From the human T2T-CHM13v2.0 reference genome, Homo sapiens: a stretch of DNA of 64,000 bases. The number at the start of each line of letters is the position of its first letter. Position 1 is the first letter of the stretch. Positions 45,367 through 64,000 of this stretch are shown piece by piece. The stretch lies in NCBI RefSeq assembly GCF_009914755.1, contig NC_060930.1. One strand, 5' to 3'. The notes under the pieces are model-generated. The model searched no databases and had not been told where the DNA came from. It saw only the letters and a list, made by a program, of their open reading frames with translations. The translations under genes and the position numbers were made by a program.

Positions 45367-46189
45367 TTGGCCTTATAAAATTTGTAAAATTGAGGCACGT
45401 GGAAATGTGAAGAAAGAATATTCTAGGTGGAAGAAATTAACTAAGCAAAGGTTAGAAGTAGGAAAGTATATGAAAAAAAAATTGCTGAATATTCTTAGAG
45501 CCCAGACTCTGAAGGGTGATTGAAATTAGACTCTGGAGACTGGTCTATAGCTGAGGAGTCTCTCAATGTTCCTCATGAAAATTCATGCACAGCCTCCTCG
45601 TGCCCATTTCTGGTATCCATTGGCTTTAGATCTGCCTACATATGTTCACTACAGAACTGGAAGTGTGCTAAAGAAGAAAATAAAAAAACAGATTAGAGGC
45701 AGAAGAATATTCTCTCATAAGCAAAAGAAGCATGAAGCCAGTATCATCCTCCAAATCACTAGAAAAAATGATGATTCATAGGTCATTAAAGGAGAGGAGT
45801 GGCTTGGCCTATGGAGGAGCCATTTTGCAACATTGGTCTTATAGGCTCACTGTACCCAATAAATAGCCTCTATAGGGGTAAAGTTTGTAATTAAATGTGT
45901 CATGGAGTAGGACACTACTGCATTAAACAAAATATAAGGAATTTAAGAGAAATTTAGAATAATTTTACAGATATCTAGAAATTTTATGTCAATAAGCTAA
46001 CCTCTGTTTGAGAATAATAATTCACTAATATTTTCATTCCTGCTGTTTTAACAAAGAAAAGATTGGAGTCATAGACTCTGTAGACTTGCTGAGATATTTT
46101 TGAGAGTTCATCTTTATTTGACAAATTTTCAACTTCATTACTTTGTGTTGTGATTTGCAATAAAATTGGGCAAAAAATCCTCCTATAAA

Positions 46190-46990
46190 TAATAACAAAA
46201 GTAAAACAACCAAGTTGGAAAATGGATGAAGGAAATGAATGGACAAGTCACAGAAGAGAAAAGTTATGTGGCAAATAGAATGATGAATCAACATTCATTC
46301 ATCGATAGTACAAAGAACTAAGAATTAAAATAATAATATCCTACTTTTTAAATATTGTGTTAATTAAAAAATTAAAGTAATGAAAACAGCTATACCTGGT
46401 AAGTGTGTCAAGAAAAAGTCACTGCTATGTATGAATATGTATTACTATTCATATTTTAGAATATACTTTGGTGGTATCTGTTAAATTCAAAGCATGCCTA
46501 CCCTTTGGCTCAGCAATTTCACACCTATTCTAAGGAATATCAGCACCAGTTTATCAGACTATGATGAGAATATTTATTACAACATGGTTTGTGGTGGCTA
46601 AGTATAATAATGATTTTAATGGCCACTAACTTAAGAATGGTTGATAAAATTGTGTTACATTCATGCTATGGAATATTATCACAGATTATAAAGAATGAGT
46701 CAACAATACATTAATTGACTTGAAGGGATTTTCATAATAAACTACAAGAAAAGCAAGTTGCAGAGAAAAGCCCATGGCATGGTTCCTTCTCTTTTAAAAT
46801 GACTCCAAATATTTCACCTTTATGTGTATGGGTGTTTTACATGAATCTTTGAGCATGGAGGATATTTTGAAAGGTTGGAAGGGGCTGATGTGGGAAATAA
46901 AGGGGAATAGAAGAGGTAAAAATACAGCAAGGCATAATAAATGTTAAAAAATATAGCCTATAGTGTTCTATTATATAACTGTAAATATTT
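46190..46990 (+). mobile_element. Old L1M (L1ME/MC-like) 3' fragment
   Basis: Degenerate ORF2-end/3' UTR text: 'ccctttggctcagcaatttcacac', 'aaattgtgttacattcatgctatggaatatta'. Confidence 0.7.
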
Positions 46991-48036
46991 TTAAGTAAAA
47001 TATCTACAGATTTACAAAGTGACAAAACAAAGAGTAACATTTGTTATGAAATCCCATTGTATTAGTGGTGCTACCTAAAAATAATTAAAAATAATTAGAC
47101 TAATGTAAATTTCTGATGAAGAAGAAAATATTCAATATCTCAACTAAAGTAATGAAATACATGTTTTATTATTAACCAACTTTTTATTAACGGGAAAATA
47201 ATTCATTTACACTGTCAAAAACTCAACTAGAATAAATGGCATGCTGGAAAAATGAACCTCATTCGCAGAACTTTAAGCCCTACTCAAAGGTGATCACCAA
47301 CAGTTTCTCCTGAATCCTTCAAAAAGATAATCTATTTGTGGCCAAGAAGATAGGTAGATAGATATCCAAATATATATACATACATACACATATACCCCAT
47401 TGTATGCATATGAGAGCATACACAATAAGTTCCTATGTCTATTGTTTTTTTCATTTAATAATATATTATGGAGATTGCATAATATCAGCACATTCAGACA
47501 CAACTGCCTTCCCAGAGGTAAATCACTACTTGTGAAATTTTTTTTAATGATCAAGCAAACTTTTCATTATGAATTTCACAAGGATCAAACATATGTCTGT
47601 AGAGACAACTGGAGTGTAAGGAGATGACCATGGCCAAGCAAAGATGATAAGTAAACAGTGTTTAGCTATCAAGGCCAGCTATACTCAAGAGTCCACGGAC
47701 GTTTACTGTTGATAAAAAGTTTTTATGGTACTACCACCAGAGATAGTGTTTGAGAAGTCACAATGCCCGCTATCATTATAAACAGCAAGGAAAAGGCCTC
47801 AGAGAGGGCAGTCCCATTCCATGATTTCCCTGGTTCATCTTCTCATGCAGCTCCTCCTCTCTGAGCTACTCATTCTACTACTTTCCATTCTTTAACTTGC
47901 ACAAGTGAGTAAATTACGAGGGGACAGTGCAGAGAAGAGATACTTTATGGGCATAGATGAGCCTTTCAAGTATTTGATTTTTTTTTTAGAAACACTGGCT
48001 TTCCTTTTAAAACATTTTACATATCCTTTCTCTCTC

Positions 48037-54791
<6,755 letters not shown>

Positions 54792-55349
54792 TAAGCACTT
54801 CTACAGGAGCAAGAATGCCACAGCAGAGAGAAAAGTAACTTAGCATTATTGAGAACCTCATTCTGTGCCAGGTAGAAAATGAAGCACTTTTTTGCTTGCA
54901 TAATCTCATTTAATAATTATTGCAATCTTTATTATACAAAATTCTGAGAGAGTGACTCCAGTGTCACAAAATAATGAGTGATGAATGTAGCTCAACTCCT
55001 TAATAAAAAGCAGTTATTCTGTGTATGGTATCATACATTTTTTAGGAAGACAAAAATAGAATATTTTGCTATTCCAGAAGAGCCAAAAGTACAGAAATGG
55101 AAAGAAGATACTGAAAAATGAAATAAAAAATATGTGTCCATATATTTTTATATTTCTTAGCACTAAAATTTACCTAGCAAACTTGATCTCCTCCATGCCT
55201 GAGGTTCCAATTCTGTTCCTGCATTAGATTATGGTAGCACCTCTAAGTTTTTGGCTGCAATGTAAACTATTACTAGTCATCTAATTAATACAATATATGT
55301 ATGACAATAGATACAATCAAAGTATAAGAATTTTTTTTTTACCATTCTC

Positions 55350-55733
55350 TTTTTTTATTATTATTATACTTTAAGTTCTAGGATACATGTGCACAATGTG
55401 CAGGTTTCTTACATATGTATACATGTGCCATGTTGGTGTGCTGCACCCATTAAATCATCATTTACATTAGGTATATCTCCTAATGCTATCCCTCCCCCAG
55501 CCCCCCAACCCCATAACAGGCCCCCATGTGATGTTCGCCACCCTGCATCCAAGTGTTCTCATTGTTCAATTCCCAGCTATGAGTGAGAATATGCAGTCTT
55601 TGGTTTTCTGTCCTTGTGATAGTTTGTGCAGAATGATGGTTTCCAGCTTCATCCATGTCCCTGCAAAGGACAAGAACTCAGCCTTTTTTATGGCTGCATA
55701 GTATCCCATGGTGTATATGTGCCACATTTTCTT
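55350..55733 (-). mobile_element. L1PA (about L1PA4-6) 3' end, about 385 bp, abutting the tail of a younger L1
   Basis: Antisense 3' UTR with older diagnostics ('ttctaggatac', 'catttacattagg', 'ccctgcaaaggac'); stops at 'gccacattttctt'. Confidence 0.92.
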
Positions 55734-59281
<3,548 letters not shown>

Positions 59282-59654
59282 TAACTTCTAAACTTGTATT
59301 ATTGTGTCATAAAGGTATAAAATTTTCAGGAGATAAGGTTGCAGAAATAATAACAAAAGTTCTTCAACAGTCAGCAGGGTAGAAGCCCTTTGAACATCAG
59401 ATGGTCTATTTGTTTTATCTCAGATTTCTACTGTGTGTAGTGATTGTTTCATATTTTGCTCTCATCTGTAGCCAACTAATTAAAACTATTTTTAAATGAT
59501 ATCATTTCAACTAAAAAAATATTAAGAGTCCTCAAATTTGGCACTAACTTTGTCACAGGTATAATCTGGCCATTAACTATGACTATAAGAAATAGTTTAA
59601 TTAATTTAATCTTTATAAGGACAACCCTTAACATTCCCAATAGATGCATTCCAA

Positions 59655-59826
59655 ATTATTTGCAAGTATTTTGGCACTTTTGGCATTTGGACAGGATAAT
59701 TCTTTGTTGGGAGGAAATATCTGGCTAGACATACTAGATGCAAGTAGAATTCCCTCCAGTGTAACAACCAAAAATTTATTTATGCATTGTCAAATGCAAA
59801 GGTGCAATCAGTTGAGAACCATTGCC
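59655..59826. mobile_element. MER20-like hAT-Charlie MITE, degraded
   Basis: 'ggataattctttgttgg', 'actagatgcaagtag', 'acaaccaaaaat', 'gttgagaaccattg'. Confidence 0.65.
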
Positions 59827-60194
59827 CTATAAGTTTAAAAATAATTCTTTATAATAATGTGTAATTGTTTAAATTAAATGACTCTTGTATGTCCTATAGT
59901 AAGTAGACAATATCCAGCCCATCTTAAAATTTCTAAGAGTTTGTATTCAGCCAGTTTTACAAGACAATCATCTAAATTCATCTGGAAGACATACTAGATG
60001 TAACTCACTTTTCCCTTTAAAATCATTTCTATGACTATTTCCCATTTACTACATGCTATTATAATTATACACTGAAAACAAAATTATTTATCTGAAAAAT
60101 CATGAAGAATAAGTTATTAGAAGCATCCAAAGTATTTTAAATGATGCCATTATGTATCCCTTAGCAGACATAGGATGTACCTGAACTCTGCCTC

Positions 60195-60630
60195 ACTGCT
60201 CAGTTATGTCATCGGACACGCAGGCTTTTTCGGTTTCTTTGCTTGCCATGGTGAGTGTGTTGGCTTTTATCCTCATGACTTGTCAAAAGATGGCTGCTGC
60301 ATCTGATTCACATTCAAGGAAGGCAAATAGAAGAGGTAAGGGACTATGCCAGGCACATCTGTCTTCTTTTACAAGGTAATTAAGTACCTTCTCAGAAACA
60401 CCATCAGAAAATTTCTGTGTAAATCTTATTTGCCTAACTTAGATCCTTTGGCTGCCCTTGCTGCAAGGGATATTGGGAAATTAAGCAAGAGTGAGAAACA
60501 AGATTATTATTCCTGCCTAAGACTAATAATGGTCCATTACCTGAAGTGAACACATCACTGCTTTATTTCCAAATTCAACTTACATTATCCAGGAAGAAAG
60601 AAAAAATGACATTTGTAGCAATTAGCTACA
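60195..60630 (-). mobile_element. Old MaLR LTR (MLT1J/K/L-like)
   Basis: 'aaagatggctgctgca', 'tcacattcaagg' and 'gctgcaagggatattgggaaa'. Confidence 0.55.
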
Positions 60631-61751
60631 CATGATAAGACTAATAACTACATCACCACCACCAATAATAATAATGAGCAGATATTATCAAATATTTATT
60701 AAATGCTTATGATGTAACAACCATGCTTCTAACAAAAGTTCAAGTTAGGCACTGCTATTAACTTTATTTAACAAAGAAGGAAGGTAGAAACCTTAGTAGT
60801 TAAGTAACTTGTCCAAGATTATACAATTGGTCAGTTCGAAATTCTTCGAATGTCTGTTGAGCAAAGGTTATTTTATAAAGTACTGTCTTTGGCACTTCAT
60901 CATAAATAAATTCTTCAATTGTTATTTAGCTGGTAATAAACTGTTAAGTAACATTTATTTAAGTGGGTACATGTTTTACTCTTTGCGTCAGTAAAAATAA
61001 ATGTATGTATCAGGAAAAGAGATGTAAAGAATGTAAATATACAACCAATAAACAATATCCAATTACAATGTAAAGCACATACATACTTATTAACATTATT
61101 TGGAAATAATTTTGGAGTTTTTTAATTAAATGGATTAAAGTAGGAAAAACTATATTAGTTCTTAAAGATTGGCATCATGGGTTGTTGTACACAGCTGGAA
61201 AACTGCTGTATTATACTTTATGCATATAATTAGTGATTAAATGTGAGACAAGTAATAGACACCATTTGTGTCATTGGAGCAATCCAAAATATTATGAATA
61301 AAATTCTTGTGAATTTTAGGGAAAGAAATATAAATGCAAGACAAAGAAAGAACTATCTTTGGCAGCATAGAACACTGAATTGGAGTAAAAGATCTTTTGG
61401 AAATAAAGATATTTTGCCAAAATGAGGAGGGCTAGCTCTGAGTTTACTCTTATTTTGATAAATGTCTGCTTCCATTGTTCCAATTGTTACTATAGTAGAG
61501 TTAATTAATACAAAATCAATTTTGCCAATGGGAATTATAACAAGATTAAAAGATTTGAATGTGACATCTTATACTCAGATGGAAAGAAAAATAAAACAAA
61601 GCAACCCACAAAATTTGAACATGTGGGATCAGAATGGGAGATCAAGCTGAGACCAATAGGAAGGCAATTCTTATGAAAACCAAAAAGAAATTGCCTATAA
61701 GGTCTGTATTAGCCAAATGAGTGACGAAGTATGAAAAAAGCTGATGACATT

Positions 61752-62805
61752 CAGGGTTGACTGCATAATTTGTGGGACTCAGTGCCAAATGAAAATGTGA
61801 CACCATTTGTTCAAAATGCAGAAAAATATTTACATAAGGGATACTAAAAATCTAAAAATGTTTTTCCTTTCTTCTGTGGCCTCTTCCATGACTTGTTATG
61901 AGGTGTGTGTGTATGTTTAAATTTGCTCTTTGAAGTTGCTTTACGTAAAAAAAAATAAAAATTTTATTCATTAGCATGAACTTTGCCACCCACATTTATA
62001 TTGTGTAATGCCAGTTTTAAATGCAAATGTAAAACTGTTAACCATTTAAGTAGAATCACTGGAATTATACAATTTGTATTTTATACTTTGTACATGCATG
62101 TATATTTTGCTGTTAACAGGCAGTTGAAAACACTGCATAAAACTAACTCGGTTATTTTTATTTCAGTTCTTGATATGCACACATTCTAACAATACTGTCT
62201 ACCTCAGGCTTACTATTGAGTACAGAAGGAAAGAAAAAGTAACTATGAGTAGCTCCTTCTCTTTTCTTCTATATCATTTTCTTCTATATCATTTTTATTG
62301 TAGCTGGTTGGCAAATACCTTAAAGTAATGAGTAAGAAAGAATATGGCAGAGTTTCATGGTGGTTTATTTTCTTAGAATGTCATTGCCTTCTTTGTGCAT
62401 TTGAATCAAGTTCTGGTTCAAATGGAAATGTAGCCTCTCAGGATTGCCTGTGCTCCTGCTTACTCAGTCATGATGTAACAGGCATTCATTGATTTGCTTT
62501 GTGTCTCCCTGAACTGCTCCACACTCTGAGTCCACAATATTTCTGTGCTCACATGGGCATAATGAATACTCTATGGGAATGAAGAAGCAAGGAATGGCAG
62601 GAACACATTTTCCATATATGTGTCTCCCCTGCCTGCACACATACTCCATTATCCCACCAGACTTCACTTGCAAAACACAAATTCAAACATAAAATTATTA
62701 AGAATTTGAAGACATTCTCAGCAGAGCAATAAATCAAGTGTGGGGCTCTTCCGAGCACAGGACTCAGTGCGACCACCAGATCTTATGACAACGAAGCCAC
62801 CTTTG
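61752..62805. mobile_element. MER45B-like hAT-Tip100 element, complete, with a perfect 8-bp TSD
   Basis: Termini 'cagggttgactgcataatttgtgggactcagtg' and 'gaagccacctttg'. TSD ATGACATT at 61744-61751 and 62806-62813. Confidence 0.88.
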
Positions 62806-63755
62806 ATGACATTTTAGCCTAAGGAACTTTTAAAAATAGTATTCAGATCAAGAAACAAAATAGAAAGAGAAGCTAAACCTCTTTGGATTGTAATCGGTTT
62901 ATTTTAAAATTTTTAATAACTTTTGAATGTTAACAGTCAACTCTTCTCAACTGGAGATCTTAACTACAGGCTATTTTTTTTTCTTTGAAGTGACTTTACA
63001 AAGTTCTGCTCTAGTCCAACACATGCAGATATATACTTAAGTTATCAAAAGAATTATTATTTCCAAAAAGTTGTGAGTAGGGGCAGAGTGGGGTTCAGTG
63101 TTGTGCCTTATATCACCTTCCAATTTTAGGAGTTCCTATTTCTTCATTTCTACTTTTCAATATTCTACTTATCACTGTGTTTTTTAAAGCTTTAAAAATG
63201 TCATTTACCATCATAATTTTTTAAATGGATATGGAATCAGTGTCCAAAGCACATGAAACATCCAGGATTAGCATTCAAAAATGCATGATTCTCCTTTGTG
63301 CCTCTTGCCACAGAAACATGCTGCTTAAATCTGCAACTCTACTGATAGTGATAAACCATTCTGAAACATTTATGAAGAGCAGCAGTTATGTTGCCTTTGA
63401 ATAGCATATGAGACACTTGATTGGCCTCCATTGAACTAATTTAATAATTTAAATGTTATCTTCCTGTTGTTAGCTTTTATTGTAGCAGTATTAATCTATA
63501 GAATATCTATATAATCAATTTTTCCCCTACTTTCACCACTCCTTCCCTGGGGTGGCACTAGAGAGAATGGCTAACATTTTTTTAGGATCATTACCCACAG
63601 GGTTTCAATGTATATAAAAAGTTTTTCCTGCTTTTGAATGTAGCATTAAGATGGAAGTCATGGGGAGAAAAAATAGTGCCTCTGTGTTTTATATTTAGGA
63701 ATGGTTGTGAACATTTTACCCTGCAAATAAAACACTAATAAAAAAGTCACCAATG

Positions 63756-63971
<216 letters not shown>

Positions 63972-64000
63972 CTATGGAAATTGGAACACTTAATATCTTT

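Noticed and set aside
59719-60000. About 21-bp repeat ATCTGG..AGACATACTAGATG at about 59719 and 59980
   Set aside because: The first copy is explainable as degraded MER20 sequence, and the match is too short to interpret further.

Overview
This is AT-rich primate (hominoid-type) genomic DNA with no recognisable host protein-coding exon. The long ORFs in the track are pieces of LINE-1 ORF1/ORF2, Tigger2 transposase or a Merlin transposase, or are chance frames across repeats. The window is mostly a layered record of transposable elements: about ten L1 copies of different ages, Alus, L2/MIR, MaLR/ERVL LTRs, hAT elements (Charlie1, MER91A, MER33, MER20, MER45B), Tigger2 and a near full-length Merlin (IS1595/IS1016-like DDE) fossil at about 6.08-7.25 kb. 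The most notable observations are: (1) the Merlin element, a rare class in primates; (2) a 48-bp duplicated hairpin module at 38.7/39.7 kb, one copy of which has H/ACA-RNA-like architecture; (3) a twin-primed L1 that appears to carry the 3' end of an older L1 as a 3' transduction; (4) a double fold-back templated insertion at 42.6 kb; (5) an L1 micro-inversion of about 12 nt; (6) two young L1s sharing non-canonical ORF2 substitutions. I see no convincing evidence of a wholly new biological system. Repeat subfamily names are by-eye recognition of consensus sequences, not database results.
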